Shown one piece after another: positions 38,538 to 48,834 of a stretch of DNA of 64,000 nucleotides; the first letter of the stretch is position 1, and the number at the start of each line of letters is the position of its first letter. Source of the DNA: an uncultured Candidatus Binatia bacterium (GTDB taxonomy: Bacteria > Desulfobacterota > Binatia > UBA9968 > CAXXLF01). The DNA lies in assembly GCA_965218425.1 (NCBI GenBank), contig OZ244621.1:4352001-4416000 (forward strand). The letters are read 5' to 3'. Both the position numbers and the translations under genes were made by a program. The notes beneath the pieces are model-generated. The model was not told the DNA's origin, did not search any database, and worked only from the letters and a program-made list of their open reading frames with translations.

Positions 38538-39396
38538 CGTCGAGCCTTATCCTCTGTTGCACCCCTTGCCAAATTTCTCGGCTTCCTTGAACCCTTCCTC
38601 CACTCGTCAATGAGTTGTTGGACAGGAATCTTACGGCGCATCAGTTCTTTCATGAGACTCTTATACTGAACGGCCGAATCGGTCTGAGCATTGACGGGGC
38701 ATACGGTAAGACAGACCTTGCAGCTTTCGTAGTCTTCAAAATAAGGCCGGCAAGCCGGGGTATCTATATGCCGGCGAAGGGCTCCGAACATCTTTCGTTT
38801 CTTGGGTACAACGGCATCATCCGGATAGAAGTTCGCACATGCGTTGCAACGCAAGCACAAATCGTCAAAGCCGTAATTGGCAGGCACTGACTCTGCTATG
38901 AGGGGCATCTCAGTGGTCACCACACCAAGACGCACGCTGGGACCATATTCTTTAGTAATCAAGGAACCATGGCGGCCTAATTCCCCCAGTCCGGCCTTCC
39001 AGGCAATGGGTATAAAAAGAGCGGACCCCTCATTGGGATAGCCCACGGCATGGCCACCAAAGGAGGGAATGAATTGAGCCAATCGAACCGATAGATCCGA
39101 AAGCCTGTAATAAACTCTGTGAACTTCCATTTGCGATGTGGACCCAAGCGCTTCATTTCGTCAAAATCCATATGGATGGCAAAAGAGATCCCGCAGCCGT
39201 GTCCTTCGGGGGGCTCAGTTCCCCGCACGAAATCAAATCGATCCACGGGCGCAATGCCCACAAGATCGGCACCTATTTGTAGGACAGTCTCCTTGACGAA
39301 GCGAGTGACTCCTTCCCAGTCCTTGGTTTCCAGTTTTTCCAGGTTCACGGGACCGTCGTAGAGGCCACGTTGATCATGCCCAGCTCTCATGAACAT
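38474..39396 (-). pseudogene. Reductive dehalogenase / QueG-like cobalamin 4Fe-4S protein pseudogene
   Basis: GADLVGIA, then a frameshift near 39135, then AGLGELGRHGSLITKEYGPSVRL..VTTEMPL. First Fe-S motif is damaged (CLRCNACANFYP); second is CKVCLTVCP. Confidence 0.8.
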
Positions 39397-39682
39397 GAAA
39401 CGGCGAGTTTGGGGGTGGCGCTTTGCCTTTTGCGCCCCTTGAAATCTGAATTAACGCAATGATTCTAGCTAGATGGCGTATGTATTTTTTGCTTGTTATG
39501 TCCGGTCAGGCTTTGTATAAAACTCGTTGATCGCGCCTCACACCAAAAAACCCACTAAGGGATGGACAGGGGTCGGACGAAAATGGTATGGGTTTGAAGT
39601 TGAAAAATTCAGGTTCCTATTTCCTATAAATTATTAATCTCTGCCGAAGGAGAAGAGAACTGATTCCAAATTCAGAATCCTA

Positions 39683-41212
39683 ATGTGTGGCATAACAACA
39701 TATATTGGGCGCCAATCGACTTCCGTAGCCAGGACCATCGATGAGGTGGCGGATAGACTCCAGCACCGGGGACCCGATGATTTTGGACACCTCCACACTG
39801 GTTCGACGGTCCTCGCACACAGGCGCCTCTCCATAATCGACGTTAATGGTGGGAAACAACCCCTATCGAACAAAAAAGGCGACCTGGCACTGGTGTGTAA
39901 TGGCGAGATCTACAACCACGAGGAATTGCGCCGTCAATTGAAAGATCGGCACCACTTTCAGACCAATTCAGACTCTGAAGTCATTCTTCACCTCTATGAA
40001 GAAATGGGCCCACAGTGCGTCACAAAGCTGGACGGCATGTTTGCCTTCGTAGTCAGTGACGGCGAAAAAGTCTTTGCCGCCCGCGATCCCCTAGGTATTA
40101 AACCGTTATACATGGGACACGACGACGATTATGGACTTTGGTTCGCCTCCGAACTTAAAGCCCTAATTGATAAGTGTACCAACATCGAGGAAGTCCCAGC
40201 AGGGTTCACTTACGCAAATGGGTCGTTTCACAAGTGGTTTCATCCTGAGTGGCTCGAAACACCGGAACCGAACTCGTCGCTCAACCCCGGCGCCATTCGG
40301 GAAAGTCTTGAAACCGCTGTCACCAAGCGGCTCATGAGCGATGTTCCCCTAGGTGTGTTTCTCTCAGGCGGGCTGGACTCGAGCATTATCGCGGCATTGG
40401 TCCGACAGCATGTCCCAGAGTTGCACAGCTTTTCAGTGGGTTTGGAAAGTTCACCGGATATTCTGGCGGCCCGAGAGGTAGCTCGGCATCTCGGCACGCA
40501 CCACCATGAATACGCATACACGCCGGCCGAGGCCACTTCCGTGCTCGAGGAGGCCATCGCCCACCTGGAATCCTACGATCCAGCGCTCATGCGCAGCGCC
40601 GTGCCATGCTATTTTGTCTCGAAGATCGCCTCGGACTACGTGAAAGTGGTGCTTTCGGGTGAAGGCGCAGACGAAGCCTTCGCGGGCTATCTGTACCTAC
40701 GTAGCATCAATGATCCGGTCCTCCTCCATCAGGAGTGCGTCCGCCTGCTTACCGGTCTTCACAACATGAACCTGCAGCGGGTGGACCGTATGACCATGGC
40801 CCATTCCATAGAGGGCCGTGTTCCTTTTCTCGATATTAATTTTCTTAACGCCGTCATGGCCATTGACCCACGCGAGAAGCTCCACCGGCCGGATTACCCA
40901 GAGAAGTGGCTGCTACGGAACGCCGTAACGGATCTGCTTCCGGAATCCATTTTATGGCGTAAGAAACAGGAATTCGCACAGGGCTGTGGGTCCGAATGGA
41001 CTCTGCGGGAGCATTGCGATGAGGTGGTCAGCGACGAGGATATCAGCGCAGCCGCCCAGCGATTCCCCGCCGATACACCACAGACCAAGGAAGCGTATCT
41101 TTACCGGAGAATATTCGAAGATATCTTCCCTGGGGATACCCCGCGTCAGACCGTGGGACGTTGGCGCGGCGCATTCGCTTCATCAAATGAACTGGAGGGA
41201 CCCAATGTCTGA
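39683..41212 (+). CDS. asnB: Glutamine-hydrolysing asparagine synthase B family amidotransferase
   Basis: MCGI (Ntn Cys2), HRGPD, HRRLSIID, NGEIYNH, SGGLDSS, SGEGADE, DRMTMAHSIEGRVPFLD. Confidence 0.92.
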   Translation: MCGITTYIGRQSTSVARTIDEVADRLQHRGPDDFGHLHTGSTVLAHRRLSIIDVNGGKQPLSNKKGDLALVCNGEIYNHEELRRQLKDRHHFQTNSDSEVILHLYEEMGPQCVTKLDGMFAFVVSDGEKVFAARDPLGIKPLYMGHDDDYGLWFASELKALIDKCTNIEEVPAGFTYANGSFHKWFHPEWLETPEPNSSLNPGAIRESLETAVTKRLMSDVPLGVFLSGGLDSSIIAALVRQHVPELHSFSVGLESSPDILAAREVARHLGTHHHEYAYTPAEATSVLEEAIAHLESYDPALMRSAVPCYFVSKIASDYVKVVLSGEGADEAFAGYLYLRSINDPVLLHQECVRLLTGLHNMNLQRVDRMTMAHSIEGRVPFLDINFLNAVMAIDPREKLHRPDYPEKWLLRNAVTDLLPESILWRKKQEFAQGCGSEWTLREHCDEVVSDEDISAAAQRFPADTPQTKEAYLYRRIFEDIFPGDTPRQTVGRWRGAFASSNELEGPNV

Positions 41213-42485
41213 CCTCAATATACTCCAACAAGCAAACGAAGCACCCGGGCTAAAAACCTATAGCGATACAGTGGCCAGGGGATATTACGGCAAACACGTG
41301 GGCGGGCTGTTCGGAAAACATGACAACGTACGCACCTACTGGGAGGATCAACTGACCCGGCTCATCCTCAGACCACACGTCAGCCGCATCGCCTCCAAAT
41401 GCCGCAGCGCAAATCGTGGCACACGAGTCTTGGATCTGGGATGTGGCGCCGGACAGGGGTATGAACTGCTAACGCGTATCAACGAGAAAGACCTAAGCAT
41501 GGAAGACGAGTTGCGCTTTGTACTCTCGTCCAAGGAGATTGAACTATTTCTCGGTGTGGACATCAGCGACGCCATGGTTGAACAGGGGCGTCAGAATTAC
41601 GCGGGGGTTCCCAACGTGGCCTTCGAACAGGCAGATCTTTCCGAGGGACTCGGGGCACTCAAATCGGAATCACCCTTTGATATCTATTTTTCATCCTATG
41701 GTCCCCTATCTCACCTAGATACAAAGTCTCTCACTCATTGTCTAAGCGATATTCTACACAACGCTAGGCCGGGTGCATTGATCGTGCTGGATTTGATGGG
41801 ACGTTACTCGCCGGAGTGGCCCCTTTACTGGAGCGCGGCCGATCGTCCGGATCAAATGCTCCCCTACTCCATGAGCTACATGTACGAAGAAGAGGAACAA
41901 CATAACGGTGAGGTGGAACAATTTCCCATTCGCTTCTGGACTGGCGACGAAGTTCGCCAGCTTTGTCGGATGTTGACCGCCGAGAATGGAGTTGCGGTGA
42001 AACCCCTCGATTTGCTCGATCGCTCCATATTCGTGGGGCGTCACGTGGACACCCGGGAATACGCCTGCAATCTCCCACCGCTACGCAGCATGGTCAACCA
42101 CCTCTATGAGCTAAACGTACGAACGAAGTTGGAGCAACTCCGAGTGGACTATCGGCCCATGAACGACCACGGGGAACTCGACCGATTCTTCGCTGAGCTT
42201 GCCTTATGCTGGAATACCATCGTCGACTTTACCCTAGAGCGCCTTCAAGGAAATCGTATTGACCTTGTCGCCCTCGACGGCTGGCGGGATTTTCCCCCAC
42301 AGTTACAAACTGCATTGATGACCATGGACCGGGTTATCGATAGCGTTTCCTGGATTGACCTGGGAGATGTCCGAGCCAACGTGCTGGAACCGCAGCTAGC
42401 CTACGTATTGCGACGTCTGGAATTTACTTTGCAACGCGGGAGAGGTTGTGGCCACAGCCTGGTGGCTGTACTGCAGGTGGGATAG
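41205..42485 (+). CDS. Class I SAM-dependent methyltransferase (426 aa), translationally coupled to asnB
   Basis: GGAGGG RBS; ATG 41205 overlaps the asnB end by 8 nt. VLDLGCGAGQG, GVDISDAMV, FDIYFSSYGPLSHL. Confidence 0.88.
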   Translation: MSDLNILQQANEAPGLKTYSDTVARGYYGKHVGGLFGKHDNVRTYWEDQLTRLILRPHVSRIASKCRSANRGTRVLDLGCGAGQGYELLTRINEKDLSMEDELRFVLSSKEIELFLGVDISDAMVEQGRQNYAGVPNVAFEQADLSEGLGALKSESPFDIYFSSYGPLSHLDTKSLTHCLSDILHNARPGALIVLDLMGRYSPEWPLYWSAADRPDQMLPYSMSYMYEEEEQHNGEVEQFPIRFWTGDEVRQLCRMLTAENGVAVKPLDLLDRSIFVGRHVDTREYACNLPPLRSMVNHLYELNVRTKLEQLRVDYRPMNDHGELDRFFAELALCWNTIVDFTLERLQGNRIDLVALDGWRDFPPQLQTALMTMDRVIDSVSWIDLGDVRANVLEPQLAYVLRRLEFTLQRGRGCGHSLVAVLQVG

Positions 42486-42647
42486 AATCCGTAACGCTAA
42501 TCTTGTGAATCCCTCAGAAGCAGCATCCGGGAAGCTCGCTGAAACACCGGCACACCCCGACACCTCCTGGACCCAGGCTCCCGACTCACCATGGTTTAAT
42601 CGCCAGGCATCACAATTACAGCGGTAATCCTCCTTACACTTCTTCAC

Positions 42648-42869
42648 ATGATTGAGTTAAATAACGTCACCAAGTAGTATGGAGAAACGGTCGTAGTCGA
42701 TGGTATTTCACTGGCCGTTTCCGAGGGAGAGATCCTGGTTCTGCCGGGAGACTCAGGGTCAGGGAAAACCACGACTCTAAAAATGATTAACCGTTTGATC
42801 GACCCCACCTCCGGGTTGATTCAAATAAACCTAGATTTTACCGAGAGAATGTTCGACAGAACGAATTAA
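42648..42869 (+). pseudogene. Osmoprotectant ABC transporter ATPase (OpuCA/OsmV-like) N-terminal fragment
   Basis: MIELNNVTK*YG...GDSGSGKTTTLKMINRLIDPTSG. In-frame TAG at 42675-42677; truncated after about 60 codons. Confidence 0.8.
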
Positions 42870-42884
42870 ACACAGCATTTCACT

Positions 42885-42985
42885 CCAAGACTTTGCCGAA
42901 TTAAAATCCTAAATCCCAAGCTTGAAATCTCAAACAAACCAAAACACTCAAATCTAAAACTCAAAATTCAAAACGAATTTGTTTG
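42885..42985. repeat. Second, partial copy of the 7-nt-periodic intergenic repeat
   Basis: AAAATCCTAAATCCCAAGCTTGAAATCTCAAACAA aligns with AAAATCCGAAATTCCAAGCTCGAAATCTCAGACAA at 32017. Confidence 0.65.
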
Positions 42986-43062
42986 GAGAGCTTCATGAAA
43001 TGTTGCCGCCGTGGGAAAGCCCTTTCTCTCCATTTCGACTCCCCCATTTCCATGAATTTGAG

Positions 43063-44295
43063 TTATTCGGTCATGCGCTCAGCGAGGCGTTGCTCGGCCG
43101 ATACTGTGGCAGGCAACTTTTCTGAAATGGTAACCAGGTGTCGAAATGAATTATTGGCCGAGTCCCTGACAATATGGGGAGGTTCCTCTCCCGCCTGGAA
43201 GGATTTTACCGCCTTGAGGAGAAATTTTCGGGTTGCAATCACAGTCTCGTCGCTCGCGGCCAGGTGCTCCTTGCTACGGTCATAGATGGGGCCCATGGTT
43301 TCGGTGGCGCAGGCGTCATGAACGAAAAAGCTAGACCCGACTCCCACAAAGGTCCGGGTCTTTTGAGCTTCCCTATCCTGACCGTAATGGTTCTGGAGAT
43401 TACGGACCTTTTTGTAATCTTGATCAACGTCATTCCCCAAGGTCCGCTCCTCTTGGCTGAGAGGCCCGCTCCGCTTGCAAACGATATAATATTTCCACAG
43501 ATGGGTATCGTTAATGGGTACCCAATAATGAACCGTCATCCCGTCCATCCCACCGGGTATGAACCCCTGGCACGGCATCACGAAATTGGTCACGCGAAAG
43601 AGGTTGGTGTCTACCCTTGTCTTCCGGAGCGAAATCATCCTAACTCCGTAATCTGTTTCGGCAGCCTCAAGCTTCGGCGCGCCGTCTGCCGCATAGCCTT
43701 CGTTTTCGAACCCCACAGCCCCAGCATGGAAGGATCTGTGAAGATAGGAAAGATGAGATGAATCACAGTCTCCCTCGAGACCTTGAAGGTAATTGCAATC
43801 GAGCAATACTTTAGTTACATAAACGTGGTCCTCGGGCATCGCAGCCCACTCATAGTTGGGAAATAGAGGTATCTCTTCTTGCGGACCCATATAGGCAAAC
43901 ACGAGGCCCGCCACTTCTTTGCAAGGATAGGCTTTATGGTGAATCTTCTTTCGAAAATCGCTTCCTGGCGGTTCCGCGGGGGTCTCCAGGACGTTCCCTT
44001 TCACATCGTATTTCCAGCCATGATAGATACATCGCAGGCCGCAATCCTCGTTGCGCCCATAATAGAGGGATGTGCCTCGGTGAGAACAGTGCTCGTCTAG
44101 GAGTCCCACCCTTCCCTGGCTGTCTCGAAAGGCCAGGAGCTCCTCACCCAGCAACCTCACCTGTACCGGCGGGCAGTCTGGCTCGGGAATTTCTTCCGAC
44201 AACACTGCCGGGATCCAATAGCGCCGGAACAATCCACCCATAGGTGTACCGGGCCCGGTGCGAGTTAAGAGTTCATTTTCTACATTTGAAAGCAT
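43063..44295 (-). CDS. Rieske oxygenase alpha subunit (close paralog of 3353-4585)
   Basis: CSHRG...CIYHGW, EGDCDSSHLSYLH, HDACATETMG. Confidence 0.93.
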   Translation of the reverse strand: MLSNVENELLTRTGPGTPMGGLFRRYWIPAVLSEEIPEPDCPPVQVRLLGEELLAFRDSQGRVGLLDEHCSHRGTSLYYGRNEDCGLRCIYHGWKYDVKGNVLETPAEPPGSDFRKKIHHKAYPCKEVAGLVFAYMGPQEEIPLFPNYEWAAMPEDHVYVTKVLLDCNYLQGLEGDCDSSHLSYLHRSFHAGAVGFENEGYAADGAPKLEAAETDYGVRMISLRKTRVDTNLFRVTNFVMPCQGFIPGGMDGMTVHYWVPINDTHLWKYYIVCKRSGPLSQEERTLGNDVDQDYKKVRNLQNHYGQDREAQKTRTFVGVGSSFFVHDACATETMGPIYDRSKEHLAASDETVIATRKFLLKAVKSFQAGEEPPHIVRDSANNSFRHLVTISEKLPATVSAEQRLAERMTE

Positions 44296-44343
44296 CGATG
44301 CAGGACTAAATCACTCGCTTGGATTTTCAAGAACCTCTCGAAA

Positions 44344-45400
44344 TTATTTCCTCTTCTTAAAACCGGTTATTATTTGTAGATCCTCTATCATTTTTGGAGG
44401 CAGCGAATGAATTTGTTCAACTCCCTTCTCGACCTGCCGCCATGTACATGGGTAACATTCAATCTGGATTTTTTGGCGTCTTTCAGAAACTGTGGATCTT
44501 TCATGGTGGCCGCAAAGGCCTTGCGCAGGATATCCAGCCGATCCTTAGGCGTCCCCGGAGCCACCGAATAGGGCTTGGTTATCTCATTCTTCGCATTAAA
44601 AGCATTCCATTGGGTTAATGTCCTCTCATTCTTGATGACCTCATGAAAGAACGGGATATTCTTGACCTCCGGATCGTTCCATTTTTTCGTCATTACAAAG
44701 GGGATGAACTTGTCCTCACCCTCCGCACCCAGCATGGACTTCGCTGTAACCCTCATGGACTCCCAGGTCCAACAGGCCGCGTCCGCTTCCCTTGATTGCA
44801 TGGCCAAAGGCATCCTGGCTGTTCCTGCGTACCCGGTGATTACTCTAAACTTTGTTCCCAGGGCTCGGTTCAGGAACTTGGGCGGCTCCGTCGTGTTCCC
44901 AGGCGCCCTAGTGGCAGGGACCTCAGGGTCCTACCTGACTTCACGATGTCGTCGAGGGATTTTAGGCCTGTGTGACCCATAATGCCACAGGTAATTGTCT
45001 CGGTCGTGGGGGTGCCAAGCCAGCCCAGCTCCCGTGGATCAAACTTTACCTTCTTGTCCCCCAACGCATGACCAAGAATAATCCCTGGAGTCCAAACTGC
45101 TACAGTTAGCCCGTCTGGCCTGGCTCGGTCGGCGTTATAGTTCGCGGCGATCAGACTTCCTGCTCCAGTCATGTCCATCACCACAGGGGTAGGATTTCCC
45201 GGAGTATACTTGCCAATATGACGGGCAATAGCCCGTGTGTAAGTGTCGTAGCCTCCACCTGGGGAAAAGCCCACAATGAAGCGCCTGGTCTTGCCTGCAT
45301 AAAAGTCAGCACCGAACGCCGGGGTCGAAGCACCGAAAACTAGCACCAGGCCAAGTAGAAAGTAGGAAAATTTCGCATTCGTAATATATTCCTTCTTCAT
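44344..45400 (-). pseudogene. TctC/Bug substrate-binding protein, frameshifted
   Basis: Signal peptide, FYAGKT..GFSPGGGYD, PDGLT; frameshift near 44922; GTKFRVITGYAG..PGTPKDR; second frameshift near 44435. Confidence 0.85.
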
Positions 45401-45578
45401 ATCATAAAATGGCAAAAAAACCAGCGCACCCTAACGGCACACAATTGCAGAGTGACTGGTGTTAAGTTTTTTTCTTCATTGTCCCCTTCACGGAACAAAT
45501 ACCATCCGTTAAGCCTCACATCGGGTTAGATGCTTTAGAAATAATGATGGAGAACTGACATGCTACGAGCTAAGGGGC

Positions 45579-45607
45579 CCTATATCAATCATAGAAATTT
45601 GTGTCAA
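45579..45607 (-). promoter_or_regulatory. Candidate sigma70 promoter
   Basis: TTGACA-17-TATAGG on the minus strand upstream of tctC. Confidence 0.4.
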
Positions 45608-45672
45608 CGGGGGCTTTGAATTGTTGGGAGGAAGTAATCTAGAAACCATAGAGCCGAAGCCAGCGCCTTAAG

Positions 45673-46905
45673 TTACCCCAGAAGGTTCTTGCCGCGAATT
45701 CGTGGGACCCGTAACAGAACCAGCGCAGCCAGGAGAACTACCATTGAACCCATTACGGTAACGGTGATGGGCGCACTGAAATAGTGCGCTGCGACTCCTG
45801 CGGCAAAGGATCCCATCGGGGTAAGTCCCCGTTCAAGCAAGAAGAGGCTATTCACACGCCCCCGGAGCTCATCCGGCACGGTCAATTGTACCATGGTGTT
45901 TTTGATGGCCCCGAACAGGGCATGGAACCCTCCTACCCCCATAAGAGCCACTAAGGCAAGCGACAAGGAAGTGGATTGGGAAAAGAAAATTAGCGAAAGA
46001 CCCAAAAGCGTCATACAGCCCAGTAGAAACAAGCCCTTCCGTACAATGCCGCTTGCGATGGTGGCTAATAATAGCATTCCCCCCACGGCCCCCAAGCCGG
46101 GTGCGGCAACCATAAAACCGAGTCCTTCGGGGCCCACCCCCAACACGTCTTTTTGAAAGATCGGCATCAAAGCCTGGTGCGGCATGGCGAAGACCGCAGG
46201 AACCAAAGCCACAACCATGATGGTCACCACCATAGGATTGGACCACAGATAACCAACCCCTTCTCTAAAATGCGTTATGACCGACGATTTTTTACCTACG
46301 GCTTTTACCGGAGCTAGGCGCAATGAATAGGTCACCAGCGCGGCACACGCGGTCACTGCGCTTTCAACAAACAAATTCCCAGCGGCACCGAACAAGGGAA
46401 TCAAAAAACCACCCAACACAGGCGCAATGACCCTGGTGGTGTTAAAGGCACCGAAATCCAATGCCACTGCGTTCATGAGTTCTTCTCTGGGCACCGTGTT
46501 GGGTATGATGGAGTGTTCTACCGTAATGAGAAACGAGGCCATAACTCCTGTGATCGAAACGAAGACAAAGAGATGCCATATTTGCACTATTCCTAGGGCC
46601 ACCACGCTCCCCATGCTCAAGCTCAGAAGCGAGAACAGGCAGTAGAGACTTGTAATGAGTTTGCGTCGGTCCACACGGTCCGCAATGACACCGCCCACCG
46701 GACCGAATATCAAGAAGGGCAACATTCGAAGGGCGCTTAACGCTCCCAGCAAAACGGCAGAGCCGGTCAGATCATAGACCAACCACCCCAAGGTAAGTTG
46801 CTGGATCATCATCCCCGCCCCTCTAAAGACTGTGCCAGCCCACATGAGGCGGAAATTCCTATGTCGAAGGGAGGAAAAGGTTCCCCCGTTAAACAGATTG
46901 ACCAA
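45673..46905 (-). CDS. MFS transporter (MFS_3/EntS-like)
   Basis: SLRHRNFRLMW, GVIADRVDRRK, VPDELRGRV; multiple TM helices. Confidence 0.9.
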   Translation of the reverse strand: MVNLFNGGTFSSLRHRNFRLMWAGTVFRGAGMMIQQLTLGWLVYDLTGSAVLLGALSALRMLPFLIFGPVGGVIADRVDRRKLITSLYCLFSLLSLSMGSVVALGIVQIWHLFVFVSITGVMASFLITVEHSIIPNTVPREELMNAVALDFGAFNTTRVIAPVLGGFLIPLFGAAGNLFVESAVTACAALVTYSLRLAPVKAVGKKSSVITHFREGVGYLWSNPMVVTIMVVALVPAVFAMPHQALMPIFQKDVLGVGPEGLGFMVAAPGLGAVGGMLLLATIASGIVRKGLFLLGCMTLLGLSLIFFSQSTSLSLALVALMGVGGFHALFGAIKNTMVQLTVPDELRGRVNSLFLLERGLTPMGSFAAGVAAHYFSAPITVTVMGSMVVLLAALVLLRVPRIRGKNLLG

Positions 46906-47138
46906 TGCTTACTCCAGATTTCTTCCCTCAATGGGTAGGAAGGTTGTTCGATGCGTCGCTCTCTCTGTTAGCACAAAGGAAAAGGAGGGGTAAAGCCCGT
47001 ACTGCAAACGCACCTGTAAAGGAAGCGCTAACCCGCCTGACGCGCGTCTCAAGACGGCCATTCTTAGGTCAATTCAAACCACAGGAAAGTTCGAACCAGC
47101 CGGCAATGGCAAATGGACGGAGTCGATTTCTTTGCGCT

Positions 47139-48590
47139 TTATTGAGTTCCCAAATTTCCGCCGGCCACGGTGGCAGCCCTTGCTGGGAGTATCGAGAATT
47201 CGACACGCCGGTTTTCTTGCTGCCCCTCTGGGGTGTCATTGCCAGCTATGGGTTGGTGAAATGCATACCCAGATGCTGATAACCGAGTGGGATCAATCCC
47301 TACTTCATCGACCAAATAACGAACGATGGTGGCAGCCCGGGCGGTGGACAATTCCCAGTTGGTGGGATACTTGCGTTGGAGATCCCACCTGATGGGCCGG
47401 GAATCGGTGTGGCCCTGTACTTGGATATGTTTGTCTTTGATCTGTCGCAGAGCTTCAACTACCTTTTTTAAAACGCCAAATCCGGAATCCTTTATGGTAG
47501 CCCGGGAGGAATCGAACAGGATTTTGTCCTCCAAGTGTACCGTAGTTAAGCCGGCAAGCCGTGCGATTTTCACCTGACCAGCATCAATTTCTTTCTTGAG
47601 TGATTCTATCAATTGTTGCCGGTCTCGAAGGGCTTGTTCTCTATCTCTCTTGGCCTTGGCGAGTTCCTCGGCCTCAGCCGATATACGCTGCAGCTTACCT
47701 GAAAGTTGAGACTTGGCCCGCGCGAGCTCCCGAGCCTCAGCGGAAACAAGCTCCAGTTGATCGGAAAGTTGATTCTTACCGGCCAATAACTCCTGGCTTT
47801 GTTTTTCGGTCTCTCGCATGTCCAATAAAAGGGATTCGTTTTGCCTTTGAAGACCCCGGCGGGCCTTGCCCAGTTCGGCAACCCGAAGCTGTTGCTCAGC
47901 GATGATCTGCTCCCGCTCCAGGAGCACCGCTTTCATCTCTCCGACACTGGCTTTCAATTTTGCGATCTCCTGTTCTTGTTCAGCGGAAACAAGCTCCAGT
48001 TGATCGGAAAGTTGATTCTTACCGGCCAATAACTCCTGGCTTTGTTTTTCGGTCTCTCGCATGTCCAATAAAAGGGATTCGTTTTGCTTTTGAAGACCCC
48101 GGCGGGCCTTGCCCAGTTCGGCAACCCGAAGCTGTTGCTCAGCGATGATCTGCTCCCGCTCCAGGAGCACCGCTTTCATCTCTCCGACACTGGCTTTCAA
48201 TTTTGCGATCTCCTGTTCTTGTTCAGCGGAAACAAGCTCCAGTTGATCGGAAAGTTGATTCTTACCGGCCAATAACTCCTGGCTTTGTTTTTCGGTCTCT
48301 CGCATGTCCAATAAAAGGGATTCGTTTTGCTTTTGAAGACCCCGGCGGGCCTTGCCCAGTTCGGCAACCCGAAGCTGTTGCTCAGCGATGATCTGCTCCC
48401 GCTCCAGGAGCACCGCTTTCATCTCTCCGACACTGGCTTTCAATTTTGCGATCTCCTGTTCTTGTTCAGCGGTAAGGTGCTTGTATTTGACTGCCTCACT
48501 TCTCATCCATAGACCAAAGACCGGTCCAACAACCAATGCGAGCCCCACGACAATCAAGGCCACGTACAGAAACTTCCTATTAATATTCAT
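47139..48590 (-). CDS. MotB/OmpA-family peptidoglycan-binding membrane protein with a long repetitive coiled coil
   Basis: N-terminal TM helix; coiled coil; ILFDS, VQGHTDS, NWELSTARA, ENRRVE. Confidence 0.9.
   Translation of the reverse strand: MNINRKFLYVALIVVGLALVVGPVFGLWMRSEAVKYKHLTAEQEQEIAKLKASVGEMKAVLLEREQIIAEQQLRVAELGKARRGLQKQNESLLLDMRETEKQSQELLAGKNQLSDQLELVSAEQEQEIAKLKASVGEMKAVLLEREQIIAEQQLRVAELGKARRGLQKQNESLLLDMRETEKQSQELLAGKNQLSDQLELVSAEQEQEIAKLKASVGEMKAVLLEREQIIAEQQLRVAELGKARRGLQRQNESLLLDMRETEKQSQELLAGKNQLSDQLELVSAEARELARAKSQLSGKLQRISAEAEELAKAKRDREQALRDRQQLIESLKKEIDAGQVKIARLAGLTTVHLEDKILFDSSRATIKDSGFGVLKKVVEALRQIKDKHIQVQGHTDSRPIRWDLQRKYPTNWELSTARAATIVRYLVDEVGIDPTRLSASGYAFHQPIAGNDTPEGQQENRRVEFSILPARAATVAGGNLGTQ
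47737..48472. repeat. Tandem repeat, 3 x 243 bp (81 aa)
   Basis: Units offset by exactly 243 nt; only one substitution noticed (47845 C vs 48088/48331 T, R vs K). Confidence 0.93.
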
Positions 48591-48834
48591 TTAAGCCCCC
48601 CACAATATCTTGGCAGGTTTTACGGGTTTATTATGCCAACCATCTAGGACGAACGGACCTCCACGTAAGTGCCTAATTTTACAACAGTCGCGGAATCGAA
48701 GGATCAACGCCGCGAAAAAATTCGCAAGCATGCTTTGACAAAAACCGTAAAAATCAATCCATGATAATTAATATCCGCGGATCCCCCCCCGCCACAGAGG
48801 CCTCGGCGAGTCCTGATTCAGGCAAACACGAGTC

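Noticed and set aside
40986..41204. N-terminal extensions in the ORF track (methyltransferase 40986, hcrA 10967, M24 51754, amidohydrolase 55819, zinc ribbon 6189)
   Set aside because: They overlap upstream genes or non-coding DNA; downstream starts with an RBS or at the family N-terminus fit better.
39683..41212. asnB as a lasso-peptide cyclase
   Set aside because: The Ntn glutaminase Cys2 is intact, and no precursor peptide, RRE or B-protease is nearby.
47737..48472. Tandem repeat as a CRISPR array
   Set aside because: The 243-bp units have no spacers and are in frame within a CDS; no cas genes.
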